From Actinomycetes bacterium (lineage in GTDB: Bacteria > Actinomycetota > Acidimicrobiia > Acidimicrobiales > Bog-793), in assembly GCA_021797795.1 (NCBI GenBank), contig JAJZZB010000002.1, forward strand, positions 27,601-91,600: DNA of 64,000 bases, read 5' to 3'. The position numbers and the translations under genes were made by a program. Below, piece by piece: positions 10,496 through 19,724 of the stretch (its first letter is position 1; each line of letters begins with the position of its first letter). The notes beneath the pieces are model-generated. The model saw only the letters and a list, made by a program, of their open reading frames with translations, had not been told where the DNA came from and did no database searches.

Positions 10496-10525
10496 AGCCT
10501 ACGATGGTCGGTCGTTTCACGTCAA
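10496..10525 (-). promoter_or_regulatory. Candidate promoter (TTGACG-18 nt-TAGGCT) giving a near-leaderless transcript for the 9873..10487 gene
   Basis: On the minus strand, TTGACG is the complement of 10520-10525 and TAGGCT the complement of 10496-10501. The start codon lies 8 nt after the -10. Confidence 0.3.
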
Positions 10526-10765
10526 TACGCCGCCGAATGGAGTGGGCAAGTCTGGGGCACGGCGCCACCACGACCGCCCCAGCGTGTGGGCCCACCTCCC
10601 GTGGTGCTGACGCGGGGGAGCGCCGGTAGCCGGGGACGCCACATGCGACATGAGCCGGCCGGCATCATCTACATATTCGACACTTCCCGGACGGGTCTAT
10701 TGAAGGGGTCCGCCTCCGATCACCGCACCGTGCGACCGGCGTCGGAGGAGCCCAGCGGTCGGGTG

Positions 10766-12502
10766 TCAGCGCGAGCTCGCGGTCGCCGCCCGGGCCGCCG
10801 CCAGCTTCGCGAGCTCGGCGTTCACCATCTCCTCGTGGCGCCGCGCGTCTTCGCGTCCCCGCTTCGGGCGCCAACGGCCGGCCATCAGGAAGATGAACGG
10901 CAGGAAGAGCGCCTCGCCGGCGACGCACACCCAGTACCAGGTCTGCCACTGGCCGGGAGAGACCTTGGCGGCATGCTTGACGCTCGCCAGGGCGGCAGCG
11001 TGGCGCTGCAGGAAGGCGATCTCGCCCTTCAGCTTGGTGTCCTTTGCTGCTGCCGTCAGCTTCGGGATCCCGACCTCCTTGATCGCCTCGGCGAGGAGCG
11101 GGGCGGGGATCTTGGTCGGCGGGTACTTGACGAGCTGGGCGAACAGCTTCGGGTGGGCGAGGACGGTGGAGACGTTCGGATCGCTCTTGATGATCTTCTC
11201 CGCCTTCACCGCCAGCGCGCCACTCTCGACGAGCGGCGTCACCGAGGAGACGACGAAGGGCAGGACGAAGATGGAGATGGCGACGACGGCGCGCAGGATC
11301 CAGCCCCACACCGCCAGCCCGGTCGCCGTGAGGGCAGGGTTCCGGCGCTCGACCGTCTCGGTGAAGCTCGCCATCCACGGGCCGTAGGCGGTGGCGAGGA
11401 AGATGGCGAGCAGGCTGAACATCCAGGCGACCGTGTAGTAGCCGGTGTGCGGGTTGGTCGCCTGCTCGAGGTAGAGGATCGTCATGGCGACGGCACCGAG
11501 CCCGCCGACGATCATGAACGGCTTACGCACCCGTGCCCGGTCGGAGATGATGCCGACGACGATGAGGGCGCCGGCATCGAAGGCCCACAGCCAGTTCCCG
11601 AGGGCGTTGGCCTGGGAGGAGGAGAAGCCGAAGATCGTCTCGAAGTAGATCACGTTGAAGCCGACCGCGGTGTAGTAGATGATCAGGAACACCGAGATGG
11701 CGAACGCCGAGGCGATGATGTCCACATGCAGCATCTGCCGCCAGGGCCGGCGGAGTGTCGCCGAGATGTCGATGCCCTTGGCCCGGGCCTCGATGAGGGT
11801 CCTGTCCCGGATGCTCACCATGAGCTGGTCTCTCAGCCCCGGCGAGAGCTCCCGCAGCCCGAACAGGGCGATCACGAAGACGACGAGGCCCGCCACGCCG
11901 CAGATGATGAACTGGTCCTGCCAGGCGGTGAGATGGCTCAGGGTGTGGCTCGCCACCTCGGCGACGACGAGGCTGCCCACGACCGGCCCGAGCGTCCAGA
12001 AGCCCATGGCGGACGCCCGCCCGAGCTGGGGCGAGAAGTCTCGAACGAGCGCAGGGGTGGCGACGAGGACGATGCCCTCGACGAAGCCGACGGCGCAGAC
12101 CAGTATGGCGAAGGCCCACTCGTCGGGGGCGTTCGGGATCCCGAACAGCACGAGCAGACCGGTGAGCCCGAGCCCGTAGGCCACCATGTTGGCCCGACCC
12201 CAGCGGTCCGCCAACCCGGCGAGGATGGAGGTGAAGGCACCGATGGCGTTGCCGACCACGGTGATGTACACGTAGAAGCGGAACGTCATGTGGTAATGGG
12301 CGAGGATCTGCGGCGCGACGGCCCCAGCCACGTACAGCTGGTAGTAGAGGATGATCGTGGCGAGCACGACGATCCCGAGGTAGATGATGCGGGGCCAGGT
12401 GTCCGGGTACCGGTCGAGCTCCCGGTACCAGAGCGCCTTTGTGATCGGCCCGTGGCGGGACGCGTTCCCCCCGCCTGTCACCGCCACCGTGGTCTCGGTC
12501 AT
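10766..12502 (-). CDS. MFS transporter
   Basis: 578-aa hydrophobic ORF with 12 or more predicted TM segments and a GLADRWGR loop motif between TM2 and TM3. Confidence 0.85.
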   Translation of the reverse strand: MTETTVAVTGGGNASRHGPITKALWYRELDRYPDTWPRIIYLGIVVLATIILYYQLYVAGAVAPQILAHYHMTFRFYVYITVVGNAIGAFTSILAGLADRWGRANMVAYGLGLTGLLVLFGIPNAPDEWAFAILVCAVGFVEGIVLVATPALVRDFSPQLGRASAMGFWTLGPVVGSLVVAEVASHTLSHLTAWQDQFIICGVAGLVVFVIALFGLRELSPGLRDQLMVSIRDRTLIEARAKGIDISATLRRPWRQMLHVDIIASAFAISVFLIIYYTAVGFNVIYFETIFGFSSSQANALGNWLWAFDAGALIVVGIISDRARVRKPFMIVGGLGAVAMTILYLEQATNPHTGYYTVAWMFSLLAIFLATAYGPWMASFTETVERRNPALTATGLAVWGWILRAVVAISIFVLPFVVSSVTPLVESGALAVKAEKIIKSDPNVSTVLAHPKLFAQLVKYPPTKIPAPLLAEAIKEVGIPKLTAAAKDTKLKGEIAFLQRHAAALASVKHAAKVSPGQWQTWYWVCVAGEALFLPFIFLMAGRWRPKRGREDARRHEEMVNAELAKLAAARAATASSR

Positions 12503-12603
12503 GGCGTCCTCCGACTATGAATGAACGTTTGTATACCTAGCTCCCCGAGACGTGGGGGTCAAGGTTCTGCAAGGCTGAGGCGACGGAGTGAGGAGGGGCC
12601 CAG

Positions 12604-13263
12604 ATGGTGCTCACGGAGACGGCGGACCGGGATCACAGGTATCTCGTCGGTGCCCGTCGCGGCCTGTCCGGCCCCGCCCGCCGGCTGCTCGAGGCCGCCG
12701 GCGAGCTCTTCTACGACAAGGGAGCCGAGGCGACGACGATCCGGGAGATCACGGCGGCGTGCGGCGTCACCCCGGGCGCGTTCTACAACCACTTCGCCTC
12801 GAAAGAAGAGCTCCTGTTCGTCCTCGTCCGTGCCCGCCATCGGCGGCTCGAGGAGGAGGCCACCGCTGCCCAGGCCGACGCCGGCGGGGACCCGCGCGCC
12901 GAGCTGGCGGCCATCGTGCGGGTCTACGTCCGGATGCACGTCCGGCAGCACAAGGGCGCGCGGGTGGCGAACCGCGAGTTCCCCCGCCTCACCGGCGACC
13001 GGCTTGCCGAGATCGTGGCCATCCGCCGCCGCCTGCGCGACCGCGTGGTCGACGTGCTGCTGGCGGGCACCGCGGAGGGAACCTTCCAGGTGGCGGGTGG
13101 CGAAGACCACAACGCCTTCGTCATCACGGCCGCCTCGCTGCTCGACATGCTCGTCCACTGCGGGGAGTGGTTGCGAGAGGATTCCCCCTGGCCGCTCGCC
13201 GAGATCGAGGCACGGTACGTGGAGATGTCGCTGCGGCTCGTCGGCTGCGCCAGCTCGAACTGA
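12604..13263 (+). CDS. TetR/AcrR family transcriptional regulator
   Basis: N-terminal HTH LLEAAGELFYDKGAEATTIREITAACGVTPGAFYNHFASKEEL. Divergent from the MFS gene across a 101-bp spacer with an AT-richer patch. Confidence 0.9.
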   Translation: MVLTETADRDHRYLVGARRGLSGPARRLLEAAGELFYDKGAEATTIREITAACGVTPGAFYNHFASKEELLFVLVRARHRRLEEEATAAQADAGGDPRAELAAIVRVYVRMHVRQHKGARVANREFPRLTGDRLAEIVAIRRRLRDRVVDVLLAGTAEGTFQVAGGEDHNAFVITAASLLDMLVHCGEWLREDSPWPLAEIEARYVEMSLRLVGCASSN

Positions 13264-14127
13264 CTCGCTGAGCACGCGAGGCGCGAGCACACGGCGCCGG
13301 CGTCGCGGTGGCCGATGCCGCTGAGCGCCTGCCGGTCCCCGTCCCCGGACCTCGCTCGCTCTCGTGCCGGCACGGTGATGACGACGCCAGGCGATCAGAC
13401 CCTTCTCACCTCAAAGCTGCCGGGCGGGTTGCCGTCCTTGTCCCTGGCGCGGACCGCCGCGTGCCGAGAGGCGGTCTCGAACCCGGCGCGGCCGGCCGGG
13501 GCGACAACCTCGAGGGCCTCGGGAAACGGCCCGGCGACGCTCGGGACGGCGGGAGTGAGGACGATGAGCCGGGAGCGGTGTCCCGGGGCCGCCCGCGAGA
13601 CCGTGATCGACTGGGGATGGAGCCTGCTCCGAGCGCAAAGGACGAATGGCGGCATGCTGGGGCGGCAGTGCCGGCGGCGATCCCAGCGCACCGGAGACGG
13701 CGTATCCCGCCACCGCAGCACCGGTAGCCGCCCGGCCTCGGACTGGTTGGGAAGCGGCCGATCGTCGCCAGCCGGCCCGCCTGTCCGATTTCGACGACGA
13801 CCGGCCTCAGGATCGAGCACGCTTCAGGATGTCACCGGAAGCCGCCGGAGGCGGGTCCCCCCATGGCCGGATCGCGCACCTCAGGTCAGGGGGCGACCGG
13901 CGGCAGGTGTGCAGCGACAGAGGGTGGCGACCGACAGGCCGAGGGTCGTGGCCAGCTCCCTTGGCGGCCTGCCGCTTGCAAGGTGTTTCGGGGTTGCGCC
14001 GACGCCGTGAGACAGCTCCTCGGTGGATTGACCGACCGGGCAGAGACCGCCACGGACGCCACGCCTACCCCTGCTTCTGCGGGCTGCGACACCGGAGCAA
14101 CAGCGGACGAACACGGACAGGACGCGG

Positions 14128-14167
14128 AACCGGTGCCCACCCACGGGGCGGACACCGGTTGGCTTTT
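14128..14167. terminator. Hairpin AACCGGTG-17 nt-CACCGGTT followed by GGCTTTTCGTT (plus strand), 12 nt from the ssrA 3' end
   Basis: Perfect 8-bp arms at 14128-14135 and 14153-14160, with a T-run at 14164-14167. Could act on either strand. Confidence 0.35.
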
Positions 14168-14179
14168 CGTTACCTCGAG

Positions 14180-14527
14180 TGGAGGTGCCGAGAGTCGAAC
14201 TCGGGTCCTCCGGCTTCTCAATGGGACTTCTCCGAGCGCAGCCGGCGATCGATCTCGAAGCCCGCCTCGCCACCGGCACCGGACGGACTTCCAGCTGACT
14301 GAGGTGTCCCTCGGCGGCGCATCAGCGACACCGGCGAGGTAAGCCCTACGAGATGACGCCCACGACCGACCCGTAGGGCTGGGGCCGGATGGACGTTGCC
14401 GTTATTTAGGCGGCAAGCACAAGCTGAGGCTTGGCGTTTGTATTGGTTTCCGGCTCTTTAACGTGGCTCCGGAGACCACGGCTCGCTTCTCCCACTTCGA
14501 CGACCGGAGTCGAAGCCTGTCACCCCC
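14180..14527 (-). ncRNA. ssrA: tmRNA (SsrA)
   Basis: 5' GGGGGTGACAGGCTTCGAC pairs with 3' CACCTCC-A, giving a G3:U pair. T-arm CCGAG-TTCGACT-CTCGG. Internal tag frame ends ..GCC AAG CCT CAG CTT GTG CTT GCC GCC TAA (..AKPQLVLAA*). Lies 55 nt downstream of smpB. CCA is not fully encoded. Confidence 0.9.
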
Positions 14528-14582
14528 TTTTCCGGGACCTGCCCATGGTACCGGCCCGCGGTGGGCGGCGAGCTCGTCGAGC

Positions 14583-15092
14583 TCAGCGGCCTTCGAGCTC
14601 CTTGATGGTCCGCTGGGCCTCGCGGGCGGCGTCACGGGCCGCGATCGCGTGGCGCTTGTCGTAGAGGTGCCGACCCCGGGCGAGCGCCAGCTCGACCTTG
14701 GCCTTCCCGTCTTTGAAGTACACCGACAAGGGCACGAGTGTGAGCGACTTCTCGGCGACCTGGCCGGCGAGCTCGTCGAGCTCTCGGCGGTGGAGGAGCA
14801 GCTTGCGAGCGCGGCCCGGCTCGAAGCGCCCGTAACCGGCGGCGTACTCGTAGGGGGCGACATGGGCCCCGACGAGCCAGGCCTCCCCCCGCTCCACCCT
14901 GGCGTAGGCGTCCTGGAGCGCGATGTGCCCGGCGCGAAGCGACTTCACCTCGGCGCCGGTGAGGGCGATCCCGCACTCGTAGGTTTCGAGGATGTCGTAG
15001 TCGTGGCGGGCGCGGCGGTTCTGGGCGACGCGCCGGATGCCGCGGGCGGCATCGTCGCGGGCCCGCGAGCTGGCACTTTTCTTTTTCGCCAC
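14583..15092 (-). CDS. smpB: SsrA-binding protein SmpB
   Basis: 169 aa. NRRARHDYDILETYECGIALTGAEVKSLR and a basic C-terminal tail, the canonical SmpB pattern. Confidence 0.95.
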   Translation of the reverse strand: MAKKKSASSRARDDAARGIRRVAQNRRARHDYDILETYECGIALTGAEVKSLRAGHIALQDAYARVERGEAWLVGAHVAPYEYAAGYGRFEPGRARKLLLHRRELDELAGQVAEKSLTLVPLSVYFKDGKAKVELALARGRHLYDKRHAIAARDAAREAQRTIKELEGR

Positions 15093-15130
15093 GGCGTCAC
15101 ACGGTACCGGCTCGCGGGTGGCCGGGAATC

Positions 15131-15610
15131 GTGCCCGTCTGCCGCCCGCGCACTACGGTGACCCCGGTGTCGCACCCCGAGGCAGGTTTCGAGACAGGAT
15201 CCTCGCTGTCGTTGACACGCCGGCATCTCGAGGAGATGGCCGCCCACTGCCTCTCGTGCTATCCGGAGGAGGGCTGCGGGCTCCTCGTCGGGGAGCTCTC
15301 GACCGGGGCCGTCGTCGAGGTCCACCCGACCGACAACGTGGCCGCCTCCGCCCAAGTCTACACGGTCGACCCGAAGGCGCACCTTCGCATCGACCGGGCG
15401 GCGGAAGAGGCCGGCCTCGCGGTCATCGGCGTCTTCCACTCCCACACGCACACCGATCCCTGGCCCTCGCCGACCGACGTTCGCCAGGCACCCGACCCGG
15501 GCTGGCACTACGTCCTCGTCTCGCTCCGCCACGAAGTGCCCTCGGTGCGTTCCTACCGGATCGTCGACGGGAACATCTCCGAAGAGCAGGTCGTTGTCTC
15601 CGGTCAGTAG
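15131..15610 (+). CDS. mec: JAMM/MPN+ metalloprotease Mec (CysO-cysteine hydrolase)
   Basis: EEGCG...HSHTHTDPWPSPTD (HxHx7Sx2D JAMM motif). Directly upstream of cysO-cysM. True start may be GTG 15158, GTG 15167 or TTG 15212. Confidence 0.85.
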   Translation: MPVCRPRTTVTPVSHPEAGFETGSSLSLTRRHLEEMAAHCLSCYPEEGCGLLVGELSTGAVVEVHPTDNVAASAQVYTVDPKAHLRIDRAAEEAGLAVIGVFHSHTHTDPWPSPTDVRQAPDPGWHYVLVSLRHEVPSVRSYRIVDGNISEEQVVVSGQ

Positions 15611-15646
15611 AATCTGACCGATCCAGTCAACATTTCCGGAGGTGAC

Positions 15647-15922
15647 GTGTCCGTCGAAGTCCGCCTTCCCACCGTGCTGCGCCCGGCCGCCGGCGGGCAG
15701 TCCGTCGTGAGCGTCGAGGGAGCGACGATCGCAGAGGTGCTCGGCAGCCTCCAGGCACGCTTTCCGGGCGTCGAGGGCCAGCTGCTCACCGAGGACGGCT
15801 CGCTGCACCGGTTCGTCAACGTCTACGTCAACGACGACGACGTGCGCTACCTGGACAAGCTCGACACCAAGGTCGAGGACGGCGACGTGGTGTCGATCCT
15901 GCCTGCGGTCGCCGGCGGCTGA
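15647..15922 (+). CDS. cysO: MoaD/ThiS-family sulfur carrier protein CysO
   Basis: 91 aa ending ..LPAVAGG (C-terminal Gly-Gly). GGAGGTG RBS upstream of the GTG start. Confidence 0.9.
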   Translation: MSVEVRLPTVLRPAAGGQSVVSVEGATIAEVLGSLQARFPGVEGQLLTEDGSLHRFVNVYVNDDDVRYLDKLDTKVEDGDVVSILPAVAGG

Positions 15923-16869
15923 TGGCGCTCTACCCGAGCATCCTCGACCTCATAGGGAACACGCCGCTCGTCGACGTGTCGGCGCTCAGCCCCAACCCCT
16001 CGGTCCGGATCCTCGTCAAGCTCGAGGGCCAGAACCCCGGTGGGTCGGTGAAGGACCGCCCGGCGCTCGCCATGATCGAGGAGGCGGAGAAGTCGGGGCT
16101 GCTCGAGCCGGGTTCCACCCTGGTCGAGCCGTCCTCGGGCAACACCGGGATCGGCCTCGCCATGGTGTGCAAGGTGAAGGGCTACCACCTGAAGGTGGTG
16201 CTGCCCGCCAACGTCTCGACCGAGCGGCGGCAGCTGCTCGAGGTCTGGGGGGCCGAGATCATCGAGTCGCCAGGCAGCGAGGGCTCGAACGGCGCGGTGC
16301 GGGCTGCCCGTGCCCTTGCCGCCGAGCACCCCGAGTGGGTCTTCCTCTACCAGTACGCCAATCCCGCCAACCCGAGGGCCCACTACGAGGGAACCGGTCC
16401 CGAGATCCTCCGCGACTGCCCGGAGGTGACGCACTTCATCGCCGGCCTCGGCACGAGCGGCACGCTCATCGGCGTCGGCACGTACCTGAAAGAGCACAAG
16501 CCCGACGTCCAGGTCTGGGCGGTCGAGCCGCCCTCGGGCGAGCTCGTCGACGGGCTGAGGAGCCTCGACGACGGGTACGTCCCTCCGATCTTCACCGAGG
16601 GCGATGGTGAGCACCTGCTCGACCGCAAGACGATCGTCGGTCCGCGGGACTCGATCGAGTGGACCCGCCGCCTGACCGAGCTCGGCATCTTCGCCGGCAT
16701 CTCGACCGGCGCCGCCATGGCGGGCGCCGCAAAGTGCGCCGCCTCGATCGACTCGGGCGTCGTCGTCATCGTCTCCGCCGACGGCGGCTGGAAGTACCTG
16801 TCGACGAATGCCTGGACAGGCGACATCGACGCCGTCGTCGAGCGGGCGAAGTCGATCATCTACTTCTAG
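15922..16869 (+). CDS. cysM: Cysteine synthase B-type (CysO-thiocarboxylate dependent, CysM)
   Basis: LIGNTPLV...LEGQNPGGSVKDRPA (PLP Lys motif), SSGNTGIGLA. Its ATG overlaps the cysO stop (TGATG). Confidence 0.9.
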   Translation: MALYPSILDLIGNTPLVDVSALSPNPSVRILVKLEGQNPGGSVKDRPALAMIEEAEKSGLLEPGSTLVEPSSGNTGIGLAMVCKVKGYHLKVVLPANVSTERRQLLEVWGAEIIESPGSEGSNGAVRAARALAAEHPEWVFLYQYANPANPRAHYEGTGPEILRDCPEVTHFIAGLGTSGTLIGVGTYLKEHKPDVQVWAVEPPSGELVDGLRSLDDGYVPPIFTEGDGEHLLDRKTIVGPRDSIEWTRRLTELGIFAGISTGAAMAGAAKCAASIDSGVVVIVSADGGWKYLSTNAWTGDIDAVVERAKSIIYF

Positions 16870-17712
16870 ATGGCCGCGCCGCCCGGGGGAGCTGAGCGAC
16901 CGATCGGCGTCTTCGACAGCGGCTTCGGGGGTCTCAGCGTCGCCCGTTCCCTGATCGACCTCCTGCCGGAGGAGAACCTCGTCTACGTCGGTGACACCGG
17001 TCGCTACCCCTACGGCCCGAGGCCGGCCGAGCAGGTGCGGTCCTTCGCCCTCGAGATCGCCGAGCACCTGGTCGGCGAGCTCGGCTGCAAGATGCTGGTG
17101 GTGGCCTGCAACACGGCCGCCTCGGTCGCCCTCGCCGATGTCGCCGCCCGGTGCGCCGTGCCAGTGGTCGGGGTGCTCGAGCCCGGCCTGCGGGCCGCCT
17201 CGCAGGCCACGCGCAACGGGCGGATCGGGATCATCGGCACCGTCGGGACCATCGCCTCGGGGGCCTACCAACAGCTGGCCGCCGGGATGGCTCCGGAGGC
17301 CGAGGTGGTGTGCGCCGCCTGCCCGGGCTTCGTCGAGTTCGTCGAGCGGGGTGAGACCGACGGCGACCAGGTCCACGTCCTCGCCGAGCGCCTGCTCGCT
17401 CCCGTGAGAGAGGCGGGCGTCGACACCCTGCTGCTCGGTTGCACGCACTACCCCTTCCTCGCCCGGACGATCGGCGACGTCATGGGCCGCGACGTCGTCC
17501 TCGTCTCGTCCGCCGACGAGACGGCCTTCGACACCCGGGCGCTCATCGGGCGGGAGGGCATCGGCCGGCCGCAGGGGCCGGCCACCCACACGTGGCTGTC
17601 CTCCGGCGACGTCGGATGGTTCGTCGAGATGGGACAGCGACTGCTCGGACCCGAGCTCGAGTCGGCCGAGAAGCTCGAACTCCCGGCGTCCGGGGGCGGG
17701 AAGCCGTGCTAA
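16870..17712 (+). CDS. murI: Glutamate racemase
   Basis: [21 protein letters not shown] and LGCTHYPFL (the two catalytic Cys motifs). The ATG directly follows the cysM stop. Confidence 0.95.
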   Translation: MAAPPGGAERPIGVFDSGFGGLSVARSLIDLLPEENLVYVGDTGRYPYGPRPAEQVRSFALEIAEHLVGELGCKMLVVACNTAASVALADVAARCAVPVVGVLEPGLRAASQATRNGRIGIIGTVGTIASGAYQQLAAGMAPEAEVVCAACPGFVEFVERGETDGDQVHVLAERLLAPVREAGVDTLLLGCTHYPFLARTIGDVMGRDVVLVSSADETAFDTRALIGREGIGRPQGPATHTWLSSGDVGWFVEMGQRLLGPELESAEKLELPASGGGKPC

Positions 17713-17722
17713 GCACACGCCC

Positions 17723-18481
17723 ATGACCTCGAGCACCCCCTCACGACGCGACGGCCGCGCCCCAGACGAGCTGCGGCCGGTCTCCTTCGAGCGCGACTAC
17801 ACGGAATTCGCCGCCGGATCGGTTCTCGTCACCATGGGCCGCACCAAGGTGCTCTGCACCGCCTCGGTCGACGAGGACGTGCCGAGATGGATGCGCGGGA
17901 CCGGGAAGGGATGGGTGACGGCCGAGTACTCGCTGCTGCCCGGCTCGTCTCGTGAGCGGGTCAGCAGGGAGGCGGCAAGGGGCCGGCAGTCCGGACGGAC
18001 CCATGAGATCCAGCGCCTCATCGGTCGGTCGCTGCGGGCGGTGTGCGACATGAACGCCCTCGGCGAGCGCCAGGTGGTGCTCGACTGCGACGTCCTGCAG
18101 GCTGACGGCGGCACTAGGACGGCCTCCATCTCGGGTGCCTACCTCGCCCTGCACGACGCCTGCAGCCGCCTCGTCGCCCAGCGCTCGCTCAGCCGTCACC
18201 CCCTCACCGACACCTGCGCCGCCATCTCCGTCGGCGTCGTCGGCGCGGCCGCCATGCTCGACCTCGACTACTCCGAGGACTCGACCGCCGAGGTCGACAT
18301 GAACGTCGTCATGACCGGGGCCGGCCGCTACGTCGAGCTCCAGGGGACCGCCGAGGGCATGGCCTTCACAGGCGACGAGCTCGAGGAGATGCTCCGGCTG
18401 GCCAGGCTCGGCATCTCCGAGCTGCACGCGTTGCAGCGGGAGATGGTGTCCGTCCCGCCCGACGCCCGGCCGGTTCCGTGA
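17723..18481 (+). CDS. rph: Ribonuclease PH
   Basis: [12 protein letters not shown]...[16 protein letters not shown]...[19 protein letters not shown], canonical RNase PH. Confidence 0.95.
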   Translation: MTSSTPSRRDGRAPDELRPVSFERDYTEFAAGSVLVTMGRTKVLCTASVDEDVPRWMRGTGKGWVTAEYSLLPGSSRERVSREAARGRQSGRTHEIQRLIGRSLRAVCDMNALGERQVVLDCDVLQADGGTRTASISGAYLALHDACSRLVAQRSLSRHPLTDTCAAISVGVVGAAAMLDLDYSEDSTAEVDMNVVMTGAGRYVELQGTAEGMAFTGDELEEMLRLARLGISELHALQREMVSVPPDARPVP

Positions 18482-19113
18482 GCGTCACCTCGTTCGTGCT
18501 CGCCACGGCCAACCCGGACAAGGCAGGGGAGCTCCGGGCGATCCTCGGGGAGGCGATGGGAGGAAGCGTCCGTCTCGTCGAGCGGCCCCCCGAGGTGCCA
18601 GAGGTGGACGAGACCGGGACCACCCTCGAGGAGAACGCCCGGCTCAAGGCCGTCGCCCTCGCCGAGGCGACCGGCGTCGCCGCCATCGCCGACGACACGG
18701 GCCTCGAGGTCGCCGCGCTCGGCGGCGCCCCCGGTGTCTACTCCTCTCGCTACGCCGGCGAGCAGGCGAGCTACGCCGACAACGTCGCCAAGCTGCTCAC
18801 CGAGCTCGGCGCCTCGACGGACCGCCGCGCCCGCTTCACCACCGTGGCCCTTGCCCGCTTTCCCGACGGCAGCGAGGTGGTGGCGACGGGCAGCGTCGAG
18901 GGTGAGATCGCCCTCTCGGCGGTCGGCGCGTCCGGCTTCGGCTACGACCCCGTCTTCGTGCCGGCGGAGGGAGACGGGCGTACCTTCGCCGAGATGTCGC
19001 CCGAGGAAAAGCACGCCCTGTCTCACCGCGGACGTGCCTTTCGCCGCCTCGCCGGCCGCCTGGCCGCCAGCCAGGCCGCTTTGGTGGCCGAGCCGGACAG
19101 GCCGGCCTCCTAG
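18478..19113 (+). CDS. rdgB: Non-canonical purine NTP pyrophosphatase (RdgB/HAM1)
   Basis: [14 protein letters not shown]...[21 protein letters not shown]...GFGYDPVF...SHRGRA. The GTG start overlaps the rph stop (GTGA). Confidence 0.9.
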   Translation: MSVTSFVLATANPDKAGELRAILGEAMGGSVRLVERPPEVPEVDETGTTLEENARLKAVALAEATGVAAIADDTGLEVAALGGAPGVYSSRYAGEQASYADNVAKLLTELGASTDRRARFTTVALARFPDGSEVVATGSVEGEIALSAVGASGFGYDPVFVPAEGDGRTFAEMSPEEKHALSHRGRAFRRLAGRLAASQAALVAEPDRPAS

Positions 19114-19209
19114 CACCGCCCCGCCTTGCCGTGGGACGGGGCACCTCGGAGATCTGCCGCGCCCGGGCACTAGCCTTCCTGTGGTGACTCGTGACAGTGG
19201 GCGAGCACG

Positions 19210-19722
19210 GTGGCGGTCGACCGCAGCCTGATCGGGAGGTCGACGGGCCTCCGCCGTGTCGTGGTCGAGCGTGGCCCCGTCGCGGTCTTCGCCGAGGCCG
19301 TCAAGGACCATGATCCCGTCTACCAGGACGCCGACGCCGCCCGCGAGGCCGGCTTCCCCTCGGTCCCCGTCCCCCCGACCTTCCCCTTCGTCATGGCGCA
19401 CTGGGGCGCTCTCGCCGAGCTCCAGCCACGTGGTGCCGGCGGGCAAGGCGAGACCGCCCTGCTCGAGGTCCTGGCGCCGCTCCTTCGCGCCGGCGGTCTC
19501 CTCCTCCACGGAGAGCAGGAGTTCGAGTACCACTCGCCGATCGTCGTCGGCGACGTCCTCACCGGCGAGGGCCGTGTGACCGACGTCTACGAGAAGCAGG
19601 CCCCGGGGGCCGCGATGACCTTCGTCCTCACCGAGACTACCTGGCGGCACGACCCAGGCGGCGAGGTGGCCGTGGTGGCGCGCTCCAGCGCCCTCGTGCG
19701 CCTGCCGCGGGCGGGGAGCTGA
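19210..19722 (+). CDS. MaoC-N-terminal-like hot-dog protein (HadA/HadC-like hydratase subunit)
   Basis: 170 aa. FAEAVKDHDPVYQD...AREAGFPSVPVPPTFPF, typical of the FAS1-like dehydratase N-terminal family. Confidence 0.7.
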   Translation: MAVDRSLIGRSTGLRRVVVERGPVAVFAEAVKDHDPVYQDADAAREAGFPSVPVPPTFPFVMAHWGALAELQPRGAGGQGETALLEVLAPLLRAGGLLLHGEQEFEYHSPIVVGDVLTGEGRVTDVYEKQAPGAAMTFVLTETTWRHDPGGEVAVVARSSALVRLPRAGS

Positions 19723-19724
19723 GC

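Noticed and set aside
12503-12603. TetR operator palindrome in the MFS/TetR divergent spacer
   Set aside because: The AT-richer patch (TATGAATGAACGTTTGTATAC) contains only short palindromes (AACGTT, GTATAC). The best longer dyad I could build matched about 5 of 10 positions.
13315-14010. 231-aa plus-strand ORF next to ssrA
   Set aside because: It is S/R/P/G-rich with no motifs. It shares wobble positions with an equally unconvincing minus-strand ORF. I kept it only as part of the finding on the unassigned region.
15847-17736. 629-aa minus-strand ORF, with similar shadows at 18328..19650, 19587..20966, 53603..55681, 54919..56439 and 60905..62950
   Set aside because: All are antisense to well-supported plus-strand genes (cysM/murI, rdgB, the FGGY kinase, cbs, the gamma-lyase, murF-like/ddl) and are compositionally junk.
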